Part shown: positions 15,075-24,242 of the stretch, in pieces
Layout: each line of letters starts with the position of its first letter
How positions within the stretch are numbered: the stretch's first letter is position 1
IMG/VR virus record: IMGVR_UViG_3300002098_000107
Coordinates: 1 to 32,157 of that record
DNA: 32,157 bases
Direction: 5' to 3' (one strand)
Source: a virus
Taxonomy: Duplodnaviria > Caudoviricetes
Translations under genes and position numbers: made by a program
The notes under the pieces: model-generated
Seen by the model: only the letters and a program-made list of their open reading frames with translations
The model's database searches: none
Told to the model about the DNA's origin: nothing

Positions 15075-15313
15075 TACTGGCCTTCCACTGCAACTGGTGC
15101 GCCTGCGCCAAGACCGTAGCGAGCATCTGCCGGGTTTAGCCAGGAGATCACTGGTGGGAGTGCGGATACGAGTCCACCGATGACCCACGTCTGCCAATGG
15201 GCGAGGCTGATGTTTCCGTCTGTTGAGAAGTCTGCAACTGCCGCTGCAATGATGACTGCTAGGAACGTCTTAAACGCGCTTCCTAGTGGTGTTGTTGCGA
15301 GCCATGCGCCCAT
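15074..15313 (-). CDS. Holin
   Basis: 79 aa, two TM segments, WLNP.D.RYG motif, AGGAG RBS; directly upstream of the endolysin. Confidence 0.78.
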   Translation of the reverse strand: MGAWLATTPLGSAFKTFLAVIIAAAVADFSTDGNISLAHWQTWVIGGLVSALPPVISWLNPADARYGLGAGAPVAVEGQ

Positions 15314-15324
15314 GTTTGTCTCCT

Positions 15325-15356
15325 AAAGAAAACGCCCCAGACACGCTGTCAGGGGC
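15325..15356 (-). terminator. Terminator-like hairpin directly upstream of the holin RBS
   Basis: GCCCCTGACA-GCG-TGTCTGGGGC followed by GTTTTCTTT. Confidence 0.55.
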
Positions 15357-15366
15357 TTCGTTGGTG

Positions 15367-15726
15367 TTACTTGTTTTCCGTGGGAAGCGGCTTTACTTTC
15401 AATGATTCGGGAACCTCAACTCCAAGGTGCTCGAGGAGGAGATCGATTTTCTTGTTTGCATCTGGCAGTGACTTGCCACCGTTGGCATTGGGCTGGATGG
15501 ACTTTGTTGCTTCACTAACTTCTTGACGCACGATGCCGCGAATTTCAGCTCGTAGCCATTGCAAGCAATGTGCTTTGCGTGCCCGATATTTCGCACCAAC
15601 CCAGCGGCCTGCATAGTAGATACCGGCTACAGCTGCACAGAATGCAGCAACACCTGTCGCAAGGACACTGAGGTCGCCAGCATCGATGCCATCGTTTGCT
15701 AGGTCGAAGAATGATGCAAGAAGCAT
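15367..15726 (-). CDS. Membrane protein of the lysis cassette (single TM, PNANGG.SL.D motif)
   Basis: TM helix plus N.GG.SL.D motif common in actinophage lysis-region proteins; start uncertain. Confidence 0.7.
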   Translation of the reverse strand: MLLASFFDLANDGIDAGDLSVLATGVAAFCAAVAGIYYAGRWVGAKYRARKAHCLQWLRAEIRGIVRQEVSEATKSIQPNANGGKSLPDANKKIDLLLEHLGVEVPESLKVKPLPTENK

Positions 15727-15891
15727 GGTCAGCCCCAATCGGCTTTTCACAGGGTGCGGATATGTGCATGAAACTTGTTGTTTCACATGAAAGTTAGGTG
15801 CAGGTGTTGTCGTTACCGGTGCTCGTGTCCGGACATGGATACGACAAATAGCCCTGCAGGAATTCCCACAGGGTCGAATGTTTGCTAACGG

Positions 15892-16089
15892 CTAGTAGTC
15901 GTCAGTGAATGCAGCGTCGTACGCCTCAGGGTTATGGGCAGGGATGCAGCAAGTGAACGGGTCACGGCAGTCAGCGAGTGGATACCTGGCATCGTCGAGG
16001 GCTTGCTGGTCGGCTCGCACCTTATATATAAGGGTGCATTGGCAGGCGTGCCCGTTCCCTATCGAGGGACAAAGAGGGTCATGTTGCAT
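15892..16089 (-). CDS. HDPxCP-family Cys-rich microprotein, 65 aa (MQHDPLCPSIGNGHACQCTLIYKVRADQQ...)
   Basis: Same motif as 2281-2406 and 1980-2201; no clear RBS, may be a remnant. Confidence 0.5.
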   Translation of the reverse strand: MQHDPLCPSIGNGHACQCTLIYKVRADQQALDDARYPLADCRDPFTCCIPAHNPEAYDAAFTDDY

Positions 16090-16359
16090 TGACCGACTGT
16101 ACGCGGAACACCCGTAAACATTTGCGGTCATATCGTTGTGTGACCGGACCAAGGGGGGTGCAGGGTGTGTGGTCAGCTTGTGCCTTGTGGGCTTGCTGCC
16201 TGCACCCTGCACCTGGTCTTGGTTAACATGGAATAACTGACTGGTTATCCCACGTTAATAGTCATATTTGGTAGGTAAACCTTTTTGGTTTCCCTGAAGT
16301 GCAGGGGGGTGTCCCCGGCTAGAGGGTGTTGCTTTTTGCGGTATTAAACCGTTGCAAAA
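16090..16359 (-). ncRNA. Candidate structured element of contiguous hairpins
   Basis: Inverted repeats at 16333-16359, 16306-16316, 16292-16306, 16277-16291, 16223-16258, 16148-16223, 16125-16146 and 16090-16130; G-U pattern favours the minus strand. Confidence 0.4.
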
Positions 16360-16366
16360 TCCCGGT

Positions 16367-16666
16367 CTAATTACTGACCAAAACAGGCGATGAGGTCACG
16401 GGCGGTTCGGGACTCTTGAACTCTGTCCCGTCCCACAAATCCCCTTGCCCTGCATATTTGCCGCGAGGATAAGGGTCCGGTTGATTCACCGGGTAATACG
16501 TTCTCACCCATTGATCCGGGGTCGTGTCAGGGTAAAGAGACACCATGAACGCTTGGCCAATCGCCTCCTGTGGTGTTCCCGTTTCGTCCTCAATGACAGA
16601 GGTCACCACAGTTTCCACGCGCTGAACAATTCCATCTATTACATAAGCAAAGTGAGCCATCATCAT
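16367..16666 (-). CDS. Small tail-fibre-associated protein (chaperone or tip partner)
   Basis: MAHFA.V..G.V..V..V...G..F.......W..T.Y......RGKYAG.G..WD..F pattern seen after Gly-rich fibres; ATGA overlap. Confidence 0.7.
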   Translation of the reverse strand: MMMAHFAYVIDGIVQRVETVVTSVIEDETGTPQEAIGQAFMVSLYPDTTPDQWVRTYYPVNQPDPYPRGKYAGQGDLWDGTEFKSPEPPVTSSPVLVSN

Positions 16667-17823
16667 CCAATCAAAATAAATACTGTGCCAGAACCGCCTG
16701 CTGCTCCAGTTGTGTTGGTGTATGTTCCGCCGCCACCACCACCTGTGTTTGCTGTGCCAGCAGTCCCAGTAGTGGAAGTTGACCCAGCCCCACCACCACC
16801 TGAACCGCCTGAACCAGCAGTATTTCCAGAACCACCACCACCACCGGCATAAGTAACAGAGGAGCCGGTGATCGAATTAGCAAGCCCTGCACCACCTGAA
16901 CCAGCGGTACTTGTTGAATAGTTAGTGCCAGCAGCGCCAGCGCCAGCACCGCCACCACCTGATCTGTAGGTGGAACCGTCAGTCCCGCCATTGCCGCCGT
17001 TGTATCCACTGGCTAGGCCAGTTCCACCATTGCCGGTTGAAACTCCAGCCGCCGATCCGCCGCCGCCGCCTGAAGCGCCAGCGCCGCCAATAATTGCTAA
17101 AGATGATCCGCTTGCACCACCGCCGCCACCGACTGCGATTAAAGAATTAAAGGCGCTTTGATTTCCTGCGCCACTTGTTGCCGAACCACCAGCGCCAACA
17201 GTTACCGAAATACTTCCTATTGCTAAATAAACATTTGTCAGAGAAAGCACTTGGCCGCCGCCACCGCCACCACCTTGAGCAATACCACTAGCGCCGCCGC
17301 CGCCAATTGCCAGCACCGTACATATTCCGGCTGTGCCGATCGTTATTGATCCCGACCCCGTGAACTGATAAAGAGTTTTGCCTGAGACCGTCGTAATTGT
17401 TGGACTGCCGGTAGTCGCGGATACGGTCGCCGCCGCGCTACCACCTGAGAAAGGGACAACAGTCCAAGCATCTGAACCAGTACGGATCAAGTTCACTGAA
17501 CCGTACTGCGCGACTGTCGCCGCCGTATTCGTCACCGTGACACCACCCGCGCCCGCGATAGTCACCACGCCAGCACCAAGATTAGTAAGCCGTAGGACAG
17601 TGTTAGCGACCCAAGCGACTGAGGACTGTAAAGGGATTGTGTAAGTGCTGGCAGACGCATTGGAAGCCGTTACTAACTTGTTTGCATCCAGTAGAACAAA
17701 GGTGTAGGTCGTGCCAGTTTGCGCATTGGTCGGTAACGCATAACTCATTTTGCTCGCCAATGTGTCAGTTAGATCGGTGGCGCTAACAGTTGTGCCGTTA
17801 GTCCATGTGCTAATTACAGCCAT
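16663..17823 (-). CDS. Glycine-rich tail fibre / receptor-binding protein
   Basis: N-terminal NAQTGTTYT..L.D..KLV module, then GGGGGG/GGxGG repeats ending in GGSG.V.I; follows the baseplate gene. Confidence 0.8.
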   Translation of the reverse strand: MAVISTWTNGTTVSATDLTDTLASKMSYALPTNAQTGTTYTFVLLDANKLVTASNASASTYTIPLQSSVAWVANTVLRLTNLGAGVVTIAGAGGVTVTNTAATVAQYGSVNLIRTGSDAWTVVPFSGGSAAATVSATTGSPTITTVSGKTLYQFTGSGSITIGTAGICTVLAIGGGGASGIAQGGGGGGGQVLSLTNVYLAIGSISVTVGAGGSATSGAGNQSAFNSLIAVGGGGGASGSSLAIIGGAGASGGGGGSAAGVSTGNGGTGLASGYNGGNGGTDGSTYRSGGGGAGAGAAGTNYSTSTAGSGGAGLANSITGSSVTYAGGGGGSGNTAGSGGSGGGGAGSTSTTGTAGTANTGGGGGGTYTNTTGAAGGSGTVFILIG

Positions 17824-17831
17824 GATTTCTC

Positions 17832-19064
17832 CTAGTAATAAAGGCCATCAGTGCCACCAAGCAAAGATGTTCCAAGCGTGAAATAGATAGAGCTAGATGC
17901 TGGCGAAAGATCCATAGACACTCGCCAGTTGTACGGAGTCAAATCATGATTGATTGACTCAATGAGGGCACGATAAGTACGGGCACGGCCATCAACGGTA
18001 GTGCGGTTAATTGTCGAATTGTCGCCCAAATCTGTTTGAAGTAAGGACGGCCAAATCGTGCCAAGGCCAAGCGCATCAAACTCGATGGACTCCACGCGAG
18101 TTTGTGGATACGCCCACTTGTCACCAACAATCTGAGCCAACGTAGCTGCAATCGTGTTGTCATCAATAGGAGCAGTGATGTTGCGGTTGTATGTGCCGTA
18201 ACGCGCAACAGACAGGCTGTTGGTGTACGTCTGAGTCGTTCCAGAAGTCTGCGTCAAAATGACTGTGTTAGCCAAATACTTTGCTCCTGGCGAAGTTTTG
18301 ATCGTGTCATATTCAATCGTGCCATCGGAGCGGTCATCACTGAATGTCAACCGGTTTGTGGTGGTGAATGTTGACTCGTAAGGCATCAACACAATCTGGC
18401 CAGTCCGGTCAGCGAAGAACCGCCCGTATTCGCACGACGTGGCCTGCTCAGCGAGGTTTAATGCCGTGTCCCCGTAAGTAGTTGCCAGCATTGTTCTAGA
18501 GCCTGTGAGGGACCGTAGGGACGCGTCCCAACCCACTGCATCCAGAATGCGGCCCACGCGTGTTGCTGTCGTGTCAGCAGCGAAACTGCTAGCGATAGCG
18601 GCAACGTTTTGCGAACCCAACCAAGCCAGCGCATCCGTGAACGTTAGGACTGCTACTGGGTCAAGGCTTTGGTCCACTTCGATCTGCTCGAGGTAACCCC
18701 GGTACAAGGTGTAAGGAGTTGCTGCCCATGTTGCTTCAACCTTGACTTCCATCCCGCGCGTAAGCATCGAGTAGCCGTTCCACATGTACGGACTTCCAGT
18801 GTTATCTGGGTCGTATTTTGCTGAACGGTTATCGAGCGTCACAGTGAGCGATCCCGGTTGGACCAGTTGGTCCTCACGGGTGCGCCCCCGACGGATACTG
18901 ATAGCACGAATATCTGTGCTCGTTACTGCACTCCACGTTGGTGTGTAAGTGCCAAGAACGTCAGTACCGTCGAGGGGCGAAATACCGAGAGTAAACAATC
19001 CGATTTGGCCCGTATCAAATGACACCGTGATGGTCGGGCTTACCGAACCGTCATACATTGGCAT
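17832..19064 (-). CDS. Minor tail / baseplate hub protein
   Basis: Directly after tape measure; beta-rich; ISIRRGR, LDN, E.GRFF.DR.G motifs of Tal/gp27-like hubs. Confidence 0.78.
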   Translation of the reverse strand: MPMYDGSVSPTITVSFDTGQIGLFTLGISPLDGTDVLGTYTPTWSAVTSTDIRAISIRRGRTREDQLVQPGSLTVTLDNRSAKYDPDNTGSPYMWNGYSMLTRGMEVKVEATWAATPYTLYRGYLEQIEVDQSLDPVAVLTFTDALAWLGSQNVAAIASSFAADTTATRVGRILDAVGWDASLRSLTGSRTMLATTYGDTALNLAEQATSCEYGRFFADRTGQIVLMPYESTFTTTNRLTFSDDRSDGTIEYDTIKTSPGAKYLANTVILTQTSGTTQTYTNSLSVARYGTYNRNITAPIDDNTIAATLAQIVGDKWAYPQTRVESIEFDALGLGTIWPSLLQTDLGDNSTINRTTVDGRARTYRALIESINHDLTPYNWRVSMDLSPASSSIYFTLGTSLLGGTDGLYY

Positions 19065-21980
19065 TTAGACTCCAAGGATTGCTGGGTTACCGCCACGCCT
19101 GCGAATGAGCTGCGCGATCTGGTCACGAACCGAAATAGCGAGATCTTGCTCCTGAACTACTGAGCCACCCACATTCACGGTCACGTTAATTCCGCCTGTC
19201 CCCATTTTGCTGAGAGGAACAACGGCTTCCGCTTCGCCACCTTCTGCGACACGAATAACGTGACCGCCAGAAACTGGACTAAACACGCCACCAGTCGCAT
19301 AGCCAGGAATCAATCCACGCAAGTAGTCCGTGGCTCCACCCGTGTACGACTGGTACTGGGATGGAGCACCGATCTGGTCGATGAGCGCCGCAACCTGAGG
19401 ACTGACATTCATAGTCGTGTCAGCACCCAGATCCACTTTCAAATCAGTGTGCATTGCTGCGTTAATCATGTCCGCAATGGACTGCAGCATTGATTGGATC
19501 GCTGGAAGTTGAGACTTCAAACCTTCAACGAGGGCTTGTGCAGCATTGATGCCACCTTGGAAGAACTGAGTGGCTGCAGCAACACCCGCAGCTTGCGAAA
19601 CGTCAACGACTGTTTGGATCAGTTCGTTGGCTTTCTGGATGCCACCTTGTGTTCCTGCTATCAATTCAGCAACGATTCGACCGCCGGTCTTTGCACCAAG
19701 CGCAGCGACCTGCTGGGTCAGGGCAAGTGTGGCACCCTGAATGCGTAGTTGATCGATTTGCTTGGAGAATTCCGTTGCGGTATCAGCACCGATTTGTAGG
19801 AAGTCAATGAATGACCCTTGCTTTTTCGTTGCATCCGCAAGCGTTGCAGAAGCCTCATCGTAAGTTTTCTGCGCTGTTGCGATCGTTGTTGTATCTTCGC
19901 CTTTTTTTGCTTCGTTCAACGCAAGTTGAGCGTCAGCCTGTGCTTTGGTTGCGTCTGCGACTGCTTGGATCGCTGCGCTCTGTGCACTTGCTGCATCAGC
20001 AAGTTCATTACCTGACGAAATGCTGCCTGAGATTTGATCCCGGTAATTGTTGAATGCGGCAACAGCATCATCGAGTTGTTTGTTAGCGTCCGCTAAGGCT
20101 TTAGTGAAATTAGATTTGATTTCGTTGGCCAGATCAGTAAACGCTGACGCAGTGTCTTTCGTGACTTTTCCAGCTGCACGGATTCCTGCAGTGAAATTTG
20201 CAATGAGAACACCGCCCAGCGACCTGCCTAACTTGCTCAGACTGCCGATTCCTAGATCAACGCTGTCTAGAGTTCCCAACATTGCTGTGTCGAGGATTAC
20301 GAACTCTGCCGCTGTCGCTTTAGCCGCCCCACCAGTGGCTTTGAGTCCCGTTGGAACTGTTGTCACTGTCTGACCGAGCGCTTGCAATGCTTCGCGTGTG
20401 CGCTTGGCTGTGGCGGCGGCAGAATCCAAACCGGACTTGCTGCCGTCAAGTGCTGACAGGATCGCTTTTGCTGTTTCAGCGTTGGCAACTGCATCACTTT
20501 GCACATAGCCAGGAGACAAACGGTCGCCTGTGTATTGCGTCTCTTGACCAACAACGCCACGCAACTTGGATTTGATTGCTTCCAGTTGCTTGTTATCGCC
20601 CAAAAGTGCCTTGGTGATGTCAGCAGTGCTGATACCGAACTGAGCACTCTTTGCAAGGGTTTCATCCTTAGCAAGCCCAGCGGCAGCCAGTGCCTTAGCG
20701 TTAGCAACGAGTGCACCGTTCTGGTCGTACAGAGACTGGGTCCAAGCCTCAGTCGCGGCATTGCCAGCCTGTGACTTATTCGTAAACAAAGCCATCGCGC
20801 CAGCGGCTAAACCAATTGCTAGCCCGATCGGACCAAGGGAAACGAATACGCCCTTAACGGCAGCGGCAAGACCTTGAGCGGCAATTCCAGCCATAGCCAT
20901 GCCAGTGCTGAAAATGCCAGTCGATGCGCCAGCAGCTGCTTGCTCTACTGCGAGAAGTTTTGTGAATTGCACATTGAACTTGATTTGCGTGAGCATCCCA
21001 CGCAGTGAAGCCACTGCTCCAAGGATCGCTGCTGAGAATGATTGACCAATGCTTGATGACATAACCGCGAACGCGGCAGCCATCGCGAGGATTGGCGTGG
21101 GAGTTTGGGAAATAATGTCCGCAAGCCAACTCAGGGCAGGCATCGCATAGTTCGTGATGATGTCAACTACAACCGACATTACTTGACCGACAGCGGCGAA
21201 TGCTGGCTTGAGATGATCAGCAATGACTGGAACGATTTGCGCGAAACCGGCAGTTATCGCGGTCAATGCTGGATACAAGTATTGACCTAGTTGAACCTGC
21301 ATTCCCTTCACGGAAGCATCGAACTCTCGGTGTGCCTGAATGTTGGCTTTGACTGCTACGAGGTTGTCATTGGTGAGAACGAGTCCCATTTTCTGGGCTT
21401 CTGCCGCGAATTCACTAATGCCCTCTTTGCCTTTGTTGAGCATTGGCAGCAAAGCCATACCGTTACGGCCAAAAATGCCCATCACTGCGGCAGTCTTCTC
21501 CGTACCATTACCAAGTTCAGAAATCTTTTGAGAAGTCTCCATAAACAAGTCAGTAGCATTCTTCAAATGCCCGTTGGATTCCTTAGTGGAAATACCAAGA
21601 GCATCAAAAGCTTTGCTGCTACCTGCAGCGGACTTCTCCATCTTGCCAAGACCAAGAGCCAGAGTGTCTGTGGAAACACCTGTCTCCTCAGCTGCAAACC
21701 GCAGTTTCGACATTTCCTCAGCAGTGCCACCCGTGTAACGCTGCAGTTTGATGACTTCTTTGCCAACATCCTGAAAAGCGTTCAGTGACTCCTTGCCAAA
21801 GTTCATGACACTGGATGCAGCATTGGCCATGAGATTGCCGCCGAAAACTCCAGCGGCAATCTCACCAATCTTCTTAAAAGAGCCACCCGTATTCGCTGCT
21901 TCTTTCGCAACGCCCTGCAAAGCCTTGGTTGCTGAAACGTCACGACCAATGAGATTGAAACCTAGTGAGGTATCAGCCAT
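19065..21980 (-). CDS. Tape measure protein (971 aa)
   Basis: Long Ala/Gly-rich helical protein after the chaperone; C-terminal YATGG...AEGGEAEAVVPL; AGGAGG RBS. Confidence 0.93.
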   Translation of the reverse strand: MADTSLGFNLIGRDVSATKALQGVAKEAANTGGSFKKIGEIAAGVFGGNLMANAASSVMNFGKESLNAFQDVGKEVIKLQRYTGGTAEEMSKLRFAAEETGVSTDTLALGLGKMEKSAAGSSKAFDALGISTKESNGHLKNATDLFMETSQKISELGNGTEKTAAVMGIFGRNGMALLPMLNKGKEGISEFAAEAQKMGLVLTNDNLVAVKANIQAHREFDASVKGMQVQLGQYLYPALTAITAGFAQIVPVIADHLKPAFAAVGQVMSVVVDIITNYAMPALSWLADIISQTPTPILAMAAAFAVMSSSIGQSFSAAILGAVASLRGMLTQIKFNVQFTKLLAVEQAAAGASTGIFSTGMAMAGIAAQGLAAAVKGVFVSLGPIGLAIGLAAGAMALFTNKSQAGNAATEAWTQSLYDQNGALVANAKALAAAGLAKDETLAKSAQFGISTADITKALLGDNKQLEAIKSKLRGVVGQETQYTGDRLSPGYVQSDAVANAETAKAILSALDGSKSGLDSAAATAKRTREALQALGQTVTTVPTGLKATGGAAKATAAEFVILDTAMLGTLDSVDLGIGSLSKLGRSLGGVLIANFTAGIRAAGKVTKDTASAFTDLANEIKSNFTKALADANKQLDDAVAAFNNYRDQISGSISSGNELADAASAQSAAIQAVADATKAQADAQLALNEAKKGEDTTTIATAQKTYDEASATLADATKKQGSFIDFLQIGADTATEFSKQIDQLRIQGATLALTQQVAALGAKTGGRIVAELIAGTQGGIQKANELIQTVVDVSQAAGVAAATQFFQGGINAAQALVEGLKSQLPAIQSMLQSIADMINAAMHTDLKVDLGADTTMNVSPQVAALIDQIGAPSQYQSYTGGATDYLRGLIPGYATGGVFSPVSGGHVIRVAEGGEAEAVVPLSKMGTGGINVTVNVGGSVVQEQDLAISVRDQIAQLIRRRGGNPAILGV

Positions 21981-21992
21981 AAGAATCGCCTC

Positions 21993-22495
21993 CTAGTCAT
22001 AATCATTGGAATCTGGATTGTTCATTTTGATCGCGGCAAAAATCAGATCATCGAGTGTTTGCCGGTCAAGGTTCCAGACAATTTCGGGGGTCAATCCCCC
22101 ATATGTGTGCAACAAAAGTGGAAGGTATTTCCTTATTCGGGTACGGATTCCTCCACTGGGGACTCCGTATCTTTTGGGGACTCAACAGCCTTCGTTTCCT
22201 CAGTAGAGAAATCCAGCTCATCAACCCCGAACTGCATTGCGTCAGCAATGGTGAACGATGGATCCACGCGGTTCACGCAAATCCAAACAAGCGAATACAG
22301 AGCACGATTCTTTGTGCAACCCTTTTTCGCAACAGGGGCAGGCTTGCCATCTTCTGAATCGATAAGCAAAGCCATGAGATCCTGATAGTCGACACCAAAA
22401 TAGGTTTCAACTTCATCGATTTCAATACCTGTGGGACCACTGCGTCCGTCTTCTTTTGGAAGTGGATAGGAAATCCCACGGATGGAAACTGGCAT
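21993..22495 (-). CDS. Tail assembly chaperone G-T fusion via -1 frameshift (about 167 aa)
   Basis: In-frame slippery heptamer C CCA AAA at 22172-22178; -1 frame open for 59 codons (RYGVPSGG...YGGLTPEIVWNLD...YD*) ending at the tape measure RBS. Confidence 0.82.
22133..22495 (-). CDS. Tail assembly chaperone (G, 120 aa)
   Basis: Acidic ORF upstream of tape measure; start MPVSIRG after a GA-rich RBS. Confidence 0.8.
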   Translation of the reverse strand: MPVSIRGISYPLPKEDGRSGPTGIEIDEVETYFGVDYQDLMALLIDSEDGKPAPVAKKGCTKNRALYSLVWICVNRVDPSFTIADAMQFGVDELDFSTEETKAVESPKDTESPVEESVPE

Positions 22496-22511
22496 GTCGC
22501 AACTCTCTTTC

Positions 22512-23039
22512 TTATTTTCTAGTGGTTTCTGCGTATGCGTGAACGAATGCTTTGAGCACTGCGTCAGCCACGCGGCGTTTGTGAGGAACAATGGTTTTCA
22601 GCATGAACGGGCGCGGAGATTGGGTAACCCAAGCACCGTCACCTGGTAGATCAGCTGCTTTGACAAAGATTGGATGTCGCCAATTCTTTTTCGTTAAACC
22701 TTCGTAGTAGCGGGGAAGAGTCGCTGGTTTTCCAGTAGCAGAGCGAAATGCTGTGCCAGATACGCGGATACGGATCGAGAATTTGTTTTTCCTCGATGCG
22801 GAAACTTTGATTTGTACAGCACGAGCAATGCCACGACGTAACCCATCAGACTGGCCTTTTTTGTGTTTCAAGGACTCGCCGCCCTTGCTCGGTTGAGCAA
22901 GAGCGGCGGCCTTGACTTCGTCTGCGATGGGTCGCGCGATAGCGGTAAGACTTTTGCGAAGTTCCAGACCGACTGCCTTGTCTAGTTTTCTAATGTTTTG
23001 GTAGAAAACTTGGTAGTCCATGTCTTTCGCGTCAATCAT
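22512..23039 (-). CDS. Basic tail-completion / neck protein (HK97 gp10-like)
   Basis: Highly basic; GLR..IA...I, RHP.F, W..Q.PRPFM motifs. Confidence 0.7.
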   Translation of the reverse strand: MIDAKDMDYQVFYQNIRKLDKAVGLELRKSLTAIARPIADEVKAAALAQPSKGGESLKHKKGQSDGLRRGIARAVQIKVSASRKNKFSIRIRVSGTAFRSATGKPATLPRYYEGLTKKNWRHPIFVKAADLPGDGAWVTQSPRPFMLKTIVPHKRRVADAVLKAFVHAYAETTRK

Positions 23040-24016
23040 TACAGGGCCGCATCTGCCGTCTGGTAGAAGACAGTCACAGGAGCGTCTGTACCGTTGTCGT
23101 AGACCTCGAATGACATAGACAGGTCAACAACGCCTGGTCCAGTCACGTTCGGTGTATCAGCATCAAACTTTGCTGCAGGAATCGTGACAGTCAACGTGTC
23201 CTTGTAGGTCGACGCAATGGTGTTGCCCACGAATGAGAGCACCAGTGCAGCTGACGAATCCGTCAGGAACTTGTTCAACAAGGTTGCGTCAGTAAATTCT
23301 GCAGTCAACTTGCCAGATACCTTGCGGAATCCGTTAATGGTTTGCTCACTCTTAGCGCCAAGGCCACCAAGGTTGAAACGGTCTTGTTTCAAAGTGTTGT
23401 CAACAGTGAGTGAGAAATCTTTCACGTTGGCAATTGATGACCCATCAAGGGTGACCGAACCTTGAGCAAAATGAAATACTGAACCGTTAAGTGAATAGGA
23501 AGCAGTAGCAAGGGTCTGAGTGGTGACGAAGTTTGCTGCATCTACCGTAAACTTGCCGGTTGCAATTCCAGCGTTAGCGACAGCCAACTCGAATGACTGG
23601 ATCTTCGCGCCGGTAATGGTCTTCGGTACGACTGTGCCGCCGTACTGTGGCACACCAACCTGTGCTGAAAAACTACGCCCGTACACATCACCAAGAGTGA
23701 AGGTGTACGAGTAGACACCCGTTGACACAGTCACAGGTGACGGTGCTGAACCCATAGCATGCGAAAGGAGTAAACCAAGTCCGCGCGTAGGCAAATCAAG
23801 GTTTATGTCGCCGCCTGCATCAAACGTGGTCACAACGCGACGCTGTGAACGTGGAAGCAAACCGCCTGCGCGAAGGCCCATGCCCACTGCAGTCTTCTTG
23901 TTGTATTGCAAGTTTTCTGATGTGAATTCGTAAAAACGACTCACGGTTACATAAGTGTTGAAAGTGGTTTCTGTGACGATGCCCAGTTGAGCACCGATAC
24001 CGGCTCCAATTGCCAT
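23039..24016 (-). CDS. Major tail (tube) protein
   Basis: LG...ET..T......RF.EF.SE, GGDI, R.VSGKL..EF motifs; Thr/Ser/Gly beta-rich; AGGAG RBS. Confidence 0.85.
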   Translation of the reverse strand: MAIGAGIGAQLGIVTETTFNTYVTVSRFYEFTSENLQYNKKTAVGMGLRAGGLLPRSQRRVVTTFDAGGDINLDLPTRGLGLLLSHAMGSAPSPVTVSTGVYSYTFTLGDVYGRSFSAQVGVPQYGGTVVPKTITGAKIQSFELAVANAGIATGKFTVDAANFVTTQTLATASYSLNGSVFHFAQGSVTLDGSSIANVKDFSLTVDNTLKQDRFNLGGLGAKSEQTINGFRKVSGKLTAEFTDATLLNKFLTDSSAALVLSFVGNTIASTYKDTLTVTIPAAKFDADTPNVTGPGVVDLSMSFEVYDNGTDAPVTVFYQTADAAL

Positions 24017-24032
24017 TTGATTCTCCTAGTGG

Positions 24033-24230
24033 TTAGGCCGTAGGGACCGGATCGACCGGTGCGGCAGGTGAGGTTTTAGGGGTCTTGGCGACAACCCAGT
24101 TGTCGGACTGCTCGAGCAGTGAAGCTGCGACAGTCTCGTCAATGATCGTGACCACCGCACCGGCAGCGACCTCAAGGCCGAGTACCGGGATGATGAGATC
24201 GCCAAGAGGTGAAATGTTCTTGATATCCAT
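24033..24230 (-). CDS. Small virion-region protein, 65 aa
   Basis: AGGAG RBS; fills the gap between tail terminator and major tail genes. Confidence 0.65.
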   Translation of the reverse strand: MDIKNISPLGDLIIPVLGLEVAAGAVVTIIDETVAASLLEQSDNWVVAKTPKTSPAAPVDPVPTA

Positions 24231-24242
24231 TGCTGGGGTCTC

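Noticed and set aside
14532-15197. 221-aa endolysin as given in the track
   Set aside because: The extension overlaps the holin; the TAATG overlap and NGW motif support a start at 15074
15727-16366. DGR template repeat or invertible segment for the tail fibre
   Set aside because: No second copy of fibre 3' sequence was seen, and there is no RT or invertase gene
16445-17161. Pro-rich plus-strand ORFs
   Set aside because: Antisense shadows of Gly codons in the fibre gene
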